A DNA stretch of 63,707 bases, filler included, from Octopus bimaculoides (lineage: Eukaryota), in NCBI RefSeq assembly GCF_001194135.2. It is 5 parts of 5 records of this genome, joined end to end, with 100 filler letters (N's around TTAATTAATTAA, not from the genome) between each part and the next. Parts side by side here need not be neighbours in the genome. Positions count along the whole stretch, not along the records: positions 21,033 to 40,260 come from NC_068986.1; 4 more parts are not named here. One strand, given 5' to 3'. This document shows, piece by piece, positions 23,165-33,770 of this stretch. The translations under genes were made by a program, and so were the position numbers. The notes beneath the pieces are model-generated. The model made no database searches and was not told the origin of the DNA. It was given only the letters and a program-made list of their open reading frames with translations. The stretch's first letter is position 1, and every line of letters starts with the position of its first letter.

Positions 23165-24760
23165 TCAACAAACCCCGCCGAGGTTGACTTTGCCTCTCGT
23201 TTTTTTGGGTTTGTTAAATTAAGTACCGGTTGTGTACTGGAGTCGATCTAATCAACTCCCACCCCCCACAACTCCGCAAAACTTTTGGGCTTGTGTCTAG
23301 GATAGAAAAGAAATATTTTTCTTTACAAATTTTCTTTCACAAACAAGAAACTGGAAAATGTCAATCATTTCTATAACAAATAAATAGCACAATAGACAAA
23401 TGAGCCTAGAGGTCATAAATATATCCCACCTAGGGTTATGAAAACTTATCAACTCAAAACGGAAAAGAAAAACTAATACAGAAGCAAAACTTGAAATTGT
23501 CAAGTTACAGGTTTTGAATTTCCCTAAGTATTATGAAGATATTTGCACCACTATTATTATTACAATTAAAGCAGTGAGATGGCAGAATTGTTAGCATGCT
23601 GGACGAAATGCTTAGCAGTATTCCGCCTGAGGCTATGTTCCGAGTTCAAATTTCACCAAGGTTGACTTTGACTTTCAACATTCGGGGTCGATAAATTTAG
23701 TACCAGTTGCATACTGAGGTTGATCTAATTTACTGGCCTCACCCCCCAAATTTCAAACCTTGTGTCTATAGTAGAAAGGATTATTATTATTATTATTATT
23801 AAGGTGACAAGCTAGCAGAATTGTAAGCACACTGGGTGAAATGCATAGTGGTACTTCGTCTGGCGCTATGTTCTGAGTTCAAATTCCACCAAGGTCAACT
23901 TTGCCGTTCATCCTTTCACGATCAATTAAAGAAGTACCAGTTATGCACTGGGTCTCAATGAAATCAACTTAATACCCTCCCGCAAGCTGCTCTTGTGGCA
24001 AAAATTTGAAATCATTATTAATTAATACTATTATTATTATTTATTATTAGTGGGAAGGTGAAGATGTGGCAGGATTGTTAACATGCCAAACAAAATGCTT
24101 AGCGGCATTTCATCCATCTTCACGTTCTGAGTTCAAAATCTGCTGAAGTCTACTTTGCCTTGCATCTTTTTGGGGTCAATGAAATAAGTACCAGTTGAAC
24201 TCTGGGGTCAATGTAAACTAACTCACTCTCCTGAAATTACTAGTGTTGCTTCAAAATTTGAAACCATTATTATTATTATTATTATAATTAGTATTGCAAG
24301 TCATTTTAAAGTGGTGAGCTGGCAGAATCATTAGCACACTGGGCAAAATGTTTAGCAGTATTTCACCTGTCCTTACATTGTGTTCAAATTCTACTGAGGT
24401 CGACTTTGCCATTCATCCTTTTGGAGTCGATGAAATAAGTACCAGTTGAACCCTGGGGTCAATGTGATCAACTAACCCCATCCCTGCAAATTTCAGGCCT
24501 TGTGCCTATAATAGAAAGGATTAGTATTATAAATAATTTTAAGGCAGTGAACTGGCAGAATCATTAGCATGCCGGTCAAAAGCTTAGCAGTATTTTGCCT
24601 GTCCTTACATTCTGAGATCAAATTCCGCCAACAACAACATTGACTTTCATCCTTTCAAGTTAGATAAATTATGTACCACTCAGGTACTTGGATAGATATA
24701 ATCAATTTAACCCTACCCAAAATTTCATCCCTTATACCTATAGTAGAAAGGATTATTATA
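23165..24760 (+). mobile_element. Head-to-tail array of about 6 diverged SINE family A copies with the alternative 3' end, separated by (ATT)n-rich tails
   Basis: Repeated GGTGAGCTGGCAGAATC...GTTCAAATT...GTCGACTTTGCC...AAGTACCAGTT...CCCCAAATTTCAGGCCTTGTGCCTATAGTAGAAAGGATTATT units starting near 23165 (partial), 23568, 23801, 24055, 24310 and 24541. Confidence 0.85.
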
Positions 24761-25049
24761 AATGATTTCCTTACCATATATTTGCAACTTAATACACCCT
24801 GTATTCAAGACAGAATCTTCAAAATACCATTTCAGACATTCTGAAGTCACATTTCCAATCCAAAGAGTACAGGTGTTGACATTTTGTGTCAGTCTAAAAT
24901 CAGAGCCATTGGCGCATGTAGTGTCACACTCAAACTTCCCACACTTACTAAACCATTTAAACGGTCGCTTTAAACCAGGAACTTCAATATGTAGTGCAAC
25001 ACATTGCCCAAGTTCAACAATTTCTGAAAAAAAGAAATAAAATAAGATG

Positions 25050-25200
25050 TTTAAGATATTTACTTCCCAACAACATAGTTCGAGGTTCAGTTCCACTGAG
25101 TGGCAACTTGGGCAAGTGTCTTCTAGGTACTATAGCCTCAGGAAAACCAAAGACTTGGGAGTAGATTCGGTAGGCAGAAACGACATGAATCCTGTTGTAT
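25050..25200 (+). mobile_element. SINE family B fragment
   Basis: GGTTCAGTTCCACTGAGTGGCAACTTGGGCAAGTGTCTTCT...ACTATAGCCTCAGG. Confidence 0.7.
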
Positions 25201-25453
25201 ATATGTATGCAAGTGTATATATATATATATATACATACACACACACACACACACACACACACNNNNNNNNNNNNNNNNNNNNNNNNNNNNNNNNNNNNNN
25301 NNNNNNNNNNNNNNNNNNNNNNNNNNNNNNNNNNNNNNNNNNNNNNNNNNNNNNNNNNNNNNGTACTTGATACCAAAGTTTGGCACCAGTCCTTCCAGTA
25401 TTTTCCATATTTTCCTACTATGGGCCATTCCTTCATCTCACACCCAAAGTTAG

Positions 25454-26028
25454 CCCTTTAGCATTTAAATTGGTGATAACAGACCCAAATATTCTACTTG
25501 TTTTATATTCAAACTAGCCAAATCTGATCTCTCCCATCTAACCTGCAATGTCGTTCTGAACATAAATAATCACATCCCAGAGTTATGAGATTACTTATGA
25601 TTAATTCAAAACAATGCAAATAAATAAGCATTACATTTGACTCTTTACTCTTTTACTTGTTTCATTCATTTGACTGCAGCCATGCTTGAGCAAATCGACA
25701 TCAGGACTTATTCTTTGTAAGCCTAGTACTTATTCTATCGGTCTCTTTTGCCAAACTGACAAGTTACGGTGACGTAAACACACCACCATCTGTTGTCAAG
25801 CAATGTTGGGGGGACAAACACAGACACATATATATATATATATACGATGAGCTACTTTCAGTTTCTGTCTACCAGATCCCCTCACAAGGCTTTGGTTGGC
25901 ATGAGGCTACAGTAGAAGACACTTGCCCAAGGTTCCACGCTGTGGGACTGAACCCAGAATCATGTGGTTGGTAAGCAAGCTACTTACCACACAGCTACTC
26001 CTGACTGAGTAATCTGAATGCTAATAAG
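25454..26028. mobile_element. piggyBac-like MITE interrupted by a SINE B; a second partial copy lies at about 26300-26492
   Basis: Left end TTAG|CCCTTTAGCATT; right end of the second copy TGCTAAAGGG|TTAA. Shared internal ATGATTAATTCAAAACAATG...TTACATTTGAC. The first copy resumes after the SINE as GAGTAATCTGAATGCTAA. Confidence 0.6.
25641..26004 (-). mobile_element. Full-length SINE family B
   Basis: Reverse complement: CAGGAGTAGCTGTGTGGTAAGTAGCTTGCTTACCAACCACATGATTCTGGGTTCAGTCCC...CCTTGGGCAAGTGTCTTCTAC...(TA)n...GATAGAATAAGTACTAGGCTTAC...GAAACAAGTAAAAGAGTAAAGAG. Confidence 0.9.
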
Positions 26029-28409
26029 ACCTATGAGTTAAGTAAAAGAAATAGAAGACAGAATTGAAAAGGTTGTGTCTAGTTTAAAAAGCATTTACCA
26101 CTTTGTGTAATGTTATGAACTCCTTCTTTTCTCACTTCACCACTTGCCAGACCTGTAAAAGATGAAAACAAAAATTTTTGATTTTCAGATTTTGCATTTG
26201 TTTACTGCTTATGCTGCAATAATTAAATAATATACAGTAGCAATTTGAGATGTGGTTCTCATGGAAAGCGGACGTTAAACGATGATGATGATGATGATGA
26301 TGTCTGACCAAAATGTTTCACTTGTTTCTTGTTCAGCTTGGCCAGATCCAGACTCTCAACCTACCCTACAATGTCAGTCTTAATATAATCACATCATCAA
26401 AATCTCAAAGTTACAAGATAATGCATGATTAATTCAAAACAATGTGAATATATAAGTATTACATTTGACAGAATAATATGATTGCTAAAGGGTTAATACT
26501 TCCACTATTATCAGCATCATTGTTTTAACATCCACTTTTAAGGCAGATTTTCTGTGGCTGGATGCCTTTCCTGTTGCTAACACTCATCTGCTTCCAAATT
26601 CAGTAATACTTTCCCTTGGGCAGAATGTTTTCAGGAGGGGGAGAGAAACAAAAGACAACACTAGTATGATGGTGATACTCACTTGCAACTATCATGTGAT
26701 ATCAAGACAAAGACACATCCATGCACACCAATACATATTCCCCCATACATGCTCGGCTTCTTTCGTCAGTTCTAGCTTGGAAAAGGGATCTTCAATTTTT
26801 ACTTGTTTCAGTCATTAGACTGCGGCCATGCTGGGGCATCACCTTGAAAACTATCCAAGATGGATTAGTTTCTTTTTTGTTTAAATTAGAGGCAGAGGCA
26901 TGTCTGTGTGGTTAAGACACTTCTTTGCTAACCACAGAGGTTCGGGTTCAGTTCCACTGCTTTTGTGGATTCCCCAATGTGTGTTTTTGGCTCTTTAGAC
27001 TTCCTCAATAATTGAGCAAATCACATTCAGATTGATACTGTGATCTCAGTCAGAAATCCAACTGGTGAGTCATACGCAGATATAATTGACCCCTAACAAA
27101 ATCCTGGTTGTCAGAACCCATTGATTCCTAAGTGTTTTGGGACTGTCAAATATTCCTGCTACATCACACATTTTGGATCCTCTTCAAAAAATTCAACAGA
27201 CTTTCTTGGTAAATTTTTTTAAATAAATTCTTGCCTGGGTTAGTCAAACTTCATAGTGAAAAATGAATCAATACAATTTTTGAAAACATTCAAGATTTAC
27301 AGCTTAGATATTTTGTAACTTGTGTCTCTCCGTCTGTCACATACATTACATAAGATTAGACCAGACGTCGAGACAATGATGATAACAGTGGTACAAGCAC
27401 TGGTGCAATACGATTGTAGCCATATTGGCTAAGACCAAATTAATAACATATTTATGAAAACGAGCAGAAAAATCTATTCACTAAGTTAATGTAAATGATA
27501 CTTGAAACAATTATTTTTAGAAAAATAATGTTAACAAAAAAGAATTAAAAAAAAAATAAAACAAAACAGAAAGAAAACTTACAAAATGAAGCAAAAGACA
27601 CAAACAACATCAGAAGGCTGCAAACTGAAAAAATAATTAAAAAAGTAATGAAAGCTGACTACCAGAGCAAGATTGATTTTAATATGGTTGANNNNNNNNN
27701 NNNNNNNNNNNNNNNNNNNNNNNNNNNNNNNNNNNNNNNNNNNNNNNNNNNNNNNNNNNNNNNNNNNNNNNNNNNNNNNNNNNNNNNNNNNNNNNNNNNN
27801 NNNNNNNNNNNNNNNNNNNNNNNNNNNNNNNNNNNNNNNNNNNCAAAACAGAAAGAAAACTTACAAAATGAAGCAAAAGACACAAACAACATCAGAAGGC
27901 TGCAAACTGAAAAAATAATTAAAAAAGTAATGAAAGCTGACTACCAGAGCAAGATTGATTTTAATATGGTTGATCGATAAAATATGTACCAGACACCAAA
28001 AATTAAGTTGACAAAGATTATATAATCACTGTTCTATTATGATTTTTGTAATATTGGCTAAAACTGAATAAATAACATCTTTTACATGCTTTAGTCATGA
28101 AGGAACCAGCCATGAAAAATTTTTAGCTGAATGTATCAAACCTACTTTTCACTTTGTTTTAAAAAGTCTGGTACTTATTCCATCAATCTCTTTTGCCAAA
28201 CCACTAAGTTATGGTAACATAAACACACCAGCAGTGGCTATCAAGCTGGGGGATGGGGACAAATACAGATACAAAGAAACACACATGCACTAACATACAT
28301 GCATATATATATATATAAAAAAGAGACAAATCCCATCACACAATTTATAAATATTTATATATGTACAACCATCCAAATCTCTGAATACTTTATTTTTTCT
28401 AATATATAC

Positions 28410-29222
28410 ATGTGTTGGCTGCGTGTCGTGTTTCTGAGCTTGCAATCCAGTTCATTTTCCTGGGTGTTTGAACTGCAGATGGCTCCACAATCCAAGGGTT
28501 GCATGAAACATACGGGAACATTGNNNNNNNNNNNNNNNNNNNNNNNNNNNNNNNNNNNNNNNNNNNNNNNNNNNNNNNNNNNNNNNNNNNNNNNNNNNNN
28601 NNNNNNNNNNNNNNNNNNNNNNNNNNNNNNNNNNNNNNNNNNNNNNNNNNNNNNNNNNNNNNNNNNNNNNNNNNNNNNNNNNNNNNNNNNNNNNNNNNNN
28701 NNNNNNNNNNNNNNNNNNNNNNNNNNNNNNNNNNNNNNNNNNNNNNNNNNNNNNNNNNNNNNNNNNNNNNNNNNNNNNNNNNNNNNNNNNNNNNNNNNNN
28801 NNNNNNNNNNNNNNNNNNNNNNNNNNNNNNNNNNNNNNNNNNNNNNNNNNNNNNNNNNNNNNNNNNNNNNGTCGTGTTTCTGAGCTTGCAATCCAGTTCA
28901 TTTTCCTGGGTGTTTGAACTGCAGATGGCTCCACAATCCAAGGGTTGCATGAAACATACGGGAACATTGTGGACAAGGGATAGAAGGAGTTGGTTTGGGA
29001 AGGAGAAGGCGTTGCTTTCTCTCCCGTCTCTTGAGTTCAGCTCTTGCGACTTGGGCTTTCTCGAAGTCCGCTGAACCCGTTTTGATGGTGTGTCTCCAGA
29101 CGGGTCTGTTTGCCGAGATATCCTCCCAGTGTGCGGGGTCGATGTTGGTGCTTTTCAAGGTTGATTTGAGTTGGTCCTTGTACCGCCTCAAGGGGGCTCC
29201 ACGAGGACGTTTTCCTTCAGAT
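28410..29222 (-). mobile_element. 5'-truncated RTE-clade LINE 3' end (ORF C-terminus with a C2H2-like Zn motif, plus 3' UTR)
   Basis: EGKRPRGAPLRRYKDQLKSTLK...IDPAHWEDISANRPVWRHTIKTG...PCPQCSRMFHATLGLWSHLQFKHPGK* (stop at 28898-28900), the characteristic RTE post-RT region. Confidence 0.88.
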
Positions 29223-29309
29223 GGTTCATCCGACGAACGTGACCTGACCATTGGAGACGATGTTCAATGATCAAGGCTTCGATGCACATATACAATGCTT
29301 CAATATACA

Positions 29310-29420
29310 TATACAATGGGCTTCTTTCAGAATCCACTCACAAGGCTTTGTTCAGCTTGAAGCTATAGTAGAAGACACTTGCCCAAAGTGCCACACAGTG
29401 AGACTGAATCTGGACCCTGT
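29310..29420 (-). mobile_element. SINE family B fragment
   Basis: CCACTCACAAGGCTTTG...GCTATAGTAGAAGACACTTGCCCAAAGTGCCACACAGTGAGACTGAATC. Confidence 0.7.
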
Positions 29421-29676
29421 GCGTAGGTAAAATGTTGATGAACATTTTAGGAAATATAACAATTTCGATGGTCAGCAGATTGGTCGAAATCTTGCTTAAT
29501 TGGCCTAAATGAATAATTAGCTATATTTGTAAATTGCTTAAAAGCTGCTCGATATGGCAGCTTTTATGCTCATATATAGCTTTTAAGCAACTGACCCTGA
29601 ATGGGAAGATCTGCTGTTTTGGAGGATTTGTTGCAATTGCTACCCCCAGGATCATATCCCAATGACGATCATATTT

Positions 29677-30006
29677 GTCACAAAAAAATCACATTAACGA
29701 AAAAAAAAAAAAAAAGTATTGCCAAAAACAATCGCAGTAATGAAAACATAGGGGCCCAAAATTTCAGGATTGTAAGTCCGGATTTGGCTGGGAATGTTTT
29801 TAATTTACTCACAGAGTTAGCCTTTAGATTATCAAAAATTGAAAATTGTTATCGTACAAAAAATTTGTCACAAGAAGTCACATAAAAAAAAAAAAAAAAA
29901 TCACTGAAAACAATCACAGCAATGAAAACTTGGGAATCCAAAATTTCAGGATTGTGGGTCCAGATTTGGCCCAGAATGTTTTTAATTTACTCATGGAGTC
30001 AGCCTG
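29677..30006 (+). repeat. Diverged tandem duplication with a period of about 190 bp
   Basis: GTCACAA...A-run...AAAACAATCRCAGYAATGAAAAC...CCAAAATTTCAGGATTGT...AATGTTTTTAATTTACTCA occurs at 29677 and 29867. Confidence 0.85.
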
Positions 30007-30097
30007 ATTCCAAAGTGGTATGTGTTGGACTACAGCTTCTAGGAGTAAAGTTGAAAAAGTGTGACACACTGACATACACATTTATTATATTATATTA

Positions 30098-30318
30098 ATG
30101 CAGCAAGCTGCTAGAATCATTAGCACACCAGGCAAAATGCTTAGTGGTATTTCGTCTGTCGTTAGGTTCTGAGTTTGAATTCCACCGAGGTCGAATTTGC
30201 CTTTCATCTTTACGGAGGTTGATAAAATTAGTACCAGTTACGTACTGAGGTTGATGTAATCGACTTAATCCCTTCCCCAAAAATTTGAGGCCTTGTGCTT
30301 CCAGTAGAAAGGATTTAT
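30098..30318 (+). mobile_element. SINE family A (alternative tail) flanked by an exact 47-bp direct repeat
   Basis: TAAAGTTGAAAAAGTGTGACACACTGACATACACATTTATTATATTA occurs at 30046-30092 and 30319-30365. Confidence 0.88.
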
Positions 30319-30371
30319 TAAAGTTGAAAAAGTGTGACACACTGACATACACATTTATTATATTAGATATG

Positions 30372-31203
30372 GGATCTAGTTCAAAACGGGGGCACCAGTA
30401 TTTTCTTAACGAAACACTTTGAAACTTGGGACACTGGTAGAATGTGTCATATAAAACATCTTTTTCTCTTAGTCTTCTTAAGAAAAATTATTATATTGCA
30501 ATTTATTTCATGTTAAAGTTGTCGTATTTCTGTAATTTCAACCAATGACTGACGTCCATTCAGCCAAATACATTAAGTGCTGACTACGTAAACAAACGAT
30601 TCTCAAACGATTCTGGCGGTGATAAAATTATTNNNNNNNNNNNNNNNNNNNNNNNNNNNNNNNNNNNNNNNNNNNNNNNNNNNNNNNNNNNNNNNNNNNN
30701 NNNNNNNNNNNNNNNNNNNNNNNNNNNNNNNNNNNNNNNNNNNNNNNNNNNNNNNNNNNNNNNNNNNNNNNNNNNNNNNNNNNNNNNNNNNNNNNNNNNN
30801 NNNNNNNNNNNNNNNNNNNNNNNNNNNNNNNNNNNNNNNNNNNNNNNNNNNNNNNNNNNNNNNNNNNNNNNNNNNNNNNNNNNNNNNNNNNNNNNNNNNN
30901 NNNNNNNNNNNNNNNNNNNNNNNNNNNNNNNNNNNNNNNNNNNNNNNNNNNNNNNNNNNNNNNNNNNNNNNNNNNNNNNNNNNNNNNNNNNNNNNNNNNN
31001 NNNNNNNNNAATACTTGTCAGTGATTGGTTGAAATTATCGAAATAAGACAATTTTTTACATGAAATTAATTCTAATACAAAATTTTTTTTTCTGTTCTAT
31101 AACACAAAATAGATAAGTAATACGAAGTTTGAAAGTCTTTCGGTACCAAAAACACTACATAAAACATAAATGAAAACTGGTGCCCCCGTTTTGAACTAGA
31201 TCC
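30372..31203. mobile_element. Non-autonomous DNA transposon (MITE) with 28-bp perfect TIRs and about 190-bp imperfect inverted arms
   Basis: GGATCTAGTTCAAAACGGGGGCACCAGT at 30372 and its reverse complement ending at 31203. Internal ATTTCAACCAATGACTGAC (about 30535) is mirrored by GTCAGTGATTGGTTGAAAT (about 31017). The centre is a gap. Confidence 0.88.
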
Positions 31204-31921
31204 TAGATAAGTATAATTTTGGGGAAACTTCATTTCAATTAAAGTTTATTTCATATATATATGTGAGTGTGTGTGTGTATGTATATATACGTTTTAAAGA
31301 AAGCAAAAAAAAAAAAAAAAAATGATAGTGTTCAGTTTGTTTACGAAAGAATTTCTCTAACATACCCACTCTTTCTCTCTCTGATTATTACTCCCACGAC
31401 TACTTTCAATAAAAGATCATCAATTTTCCCTAAATTTCTTTTTTCCTTTCTCTTTCTGTCTGTCTTCGCATCTGCCCTCATCGTTTCTATGCCTACCCTC
31501 ACCCCATCATGAGGAGTAGTAAGAGTGCCATTGAATAGAGCAGCCTATGTTACTCAAAAGTGGTTCGACATCAATTTCAACTATTTCATTGTATCCACTC
31601 CAACAATAAGAATGGATAGTTGCCCTTGAGCTGGAAGTGTTTGGCACCAGGTAAGAGGAAGCCAAAAACAAGGGAAAGAAAAAGCAAGGGGTCTACACTG
31701 GTGGTCGGATGCCTATCCTTCAGGAAAGCCATTACAAATTGCATTTCTAATGAGCAATGATTTAATCGAACATTGTAAATATAATCAAATTATTATTGTA
31801 TATTTAAAATTGTAAATATTTAATCGATACAGGTACTTCACCCCTTTTATGTTTGTCTGTCCTTGTTCGTCCCCTCTTTGTAATGCCTTTATAGCAAATA
31901 TTTATGAAATAAAGTAGCATA

Positions 31922-32400
31922 GGCGTAGGAGTGGCTGTGTGGTAAGTAGCTTNNNNNNNNNNNNNNNNNNNNNNNNNNNNNNNNNNNNNNNNNNNNNNNN
32001 NNNNNNNNNNNNNNNNNNNNNNNNNNNNNNNNNNNNNNNNNNNNNNNNNNNNNNNNNNNNNNNNNNNNNNNNNNNNNNNNNNNNNNNNNNNNNNNNNNNN
32101 NNNNNNNNNNNNNNNNNNNNNNNNNNNNNNNNNNNNNNNNNNNNNNNNNNNNNNNNNNNNNNNNNNNNNNNNNNNNNNNNNNNNNNNNNNNNNNNNNNNN
32201 NNNNNNNNNNNNNNNNNNNNNNNNNNNNNNNNNNNNNNNNNNNNNNNNNNNCCCGTAACTTAGCGGTTCGGCAAAAGAGACCGATAGAATAAGTACTAGG
32301 CTTCCAAAGAATAAGTCCTGGGGTCGATTTGCTCGACTAAAGGTGGTGCTCCAGCATGACCACAGTCAAGCGACTGAAACAAGCAAAAGAGTAAAGAGTA
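31922..32400 (+). mobile_element. SINE family B spanning a gap
   Basis: Head GGCGTAGGAGTGGCTGTGTGGTAAGTAGC; tail CCCGTAACTTAGCGGTTCGGCAAAAGAGACCGATAGAATAAGTAC...GAAACAAGCAAAAGAGTAAAGAG. Confidence 0.85.
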
Positions 32401-32401
32401 T

Positions 32402-32990
32402 GCCAACTAAGGCCTGTCGGTGGGAATTGTGCCGCCGACAGTAGAAACTGAGGCCTCGCCCTATGAGGAGGAGGAATTTGTAATCCTCTCCCACAAAGGA
32501 GGGTCCGTTGAAAATTTTGTTAAAAAGGGTCGGAGGAGAGGGATCCTCACCTGTACCAAGGACCCTGGTTGGCCTCCGCAGGTGACTGCGGAGGTCGTGT
32601 GGGAGACTTGTGTAAGGTGATGAATTCCTTCCCCAAAGACGCATTCCGCTACTTACTGCATTGGCCCGATGAAGAACCAGCGAGGTGCTTAAGTGAAGCA
32701 CGGAGTCCGGTTGGGCGGTAAAATGTAAGAGGACAAGAGCCTCATATTGAAAGGGCTTGTGGGGCTATTTTTCGATTTGATGTGAGGAAATGTCAAGTGA
32801 AAAGCATATGGGTTTTGTTTACATCTAATCGGCCTTCAGCCTTTTCCGTGAAATTGCTTGCCTGCTTGGCATCACCACTGACTCAAGCTGTTCTGAGAGA
32901 AGGATGGGAAAGCACCATTGACAGTTAAAGAAAGAAAGAAAGCGATGGTCGGTACTCTCTATGTGATCAGCGGAAAGAAACTAAAAGTGA
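32402..32990 (+). mobile_element. Possible decayed retrotransposon ORF1/gag-like remnant
   Basis: GC-richer, coding-like sequence with broken frames (EASPYEEEEFVILSHKGGSVENFVKKGRRRGILTCTKDPGWPP). I recognise no diagnostic motif with certainty. Confidence 0.25.
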
Positions 32991-33494
32991 TAGAATTGTA
33001 CATTTTCCCAAAAGATTTTCTCAATTTGAATATAATCCTCATGAACTCTTGTATGATAAATGACCTCTGGAAAACAATTACAGTCCATGCCAGAGAAATT
33101 AGATTGAACACTGTGACAAACTTCATAAGAACGCTGTTATTTGCATTTCTGTAACATTGTAAATGTGTATATTTCAAATTTGTATTAATTCAAACATCAC
33201 TTTATCTTGTTACCTTTAATTGTAATAATAATGTTAATATGCGTGAATAAACTAAGGTAGAAATTATTTTCCGTTACTTCAATGGACACCGACCGTCGAT
33301 TTCTTTCTTTCTTTGTCTCTCTCTCTCTCGCTCTCTATGTGATGGCCTTTCGTTCTTTCAACTTGTTAAAAATATATTCTGGGTACTACTAAAGCAGTAG
33401 TCCCCAACACGCACCCGCACAGTCGCACTTACGCATATGAATACATGTGCGCGTGCGCGCTCTTTTACGGCTGAAATGGCTGAATATATATCAA

Positions 33495-33770
33495 AAATAC
33501 CTTNNNNNNNNNNNNNNNNNNNNNNNNNNNNNNNNNNNNNNNNNNNNNNNNNNNNNNNNNNNNNNNNNNNNNNNNNNNNNNNNNNNNNNNNNNNNNNNNN
33601 NNNTTTTTGAACATACGCCATCTTTCAAACATGGTGAGTTAATGTTGAATCCATGCCCACATGGACCATGCACCATGTTTACTTTAACTATGTCGTATAG
33701 TACCTTGTCTAAAGCTGGATCAGGAAGTTCTGTAGAGATTATCTTGTCGATGTCAGTTGATTTGATTTTA
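33495..33770 (-). mobile_element. Helitron Rep fragment: the segment directly after the HUH motif, inverted relative to the main copy
   Basis: KIKSTDIDKIISTELPDPALDKVLYDIVKVNMVHGPCGHGFNINSPCLKDGVCSK-[gap]-RY matches the Helitron I.AE.PD...L...V...M.HGPCG...SPC..DG.CSK.YP pattern. Confidence 0.9.

Noticed and set aside
23165-24760. Regularly spaced repeats that could resemble a CRISPR array
   Set aside because: The units are 220-250 bp diverged SINEs in eukaryotic DNA, with no short identical repeats, unique spacers or cas genes.
27545-27973. Duplicated AT-rich segment encoding KQKENLQNEAKDTNNIRRLQ on both sides of a gap
   Set aside because: Gap-flanking overlap artefact; the peptide has no recognisable family.
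28430-28963. Duplicated RTE 3' end across a gap
   Set aside because: Identical flanks across Ns; most likely an assembly overlap rather than a tandem LINE.
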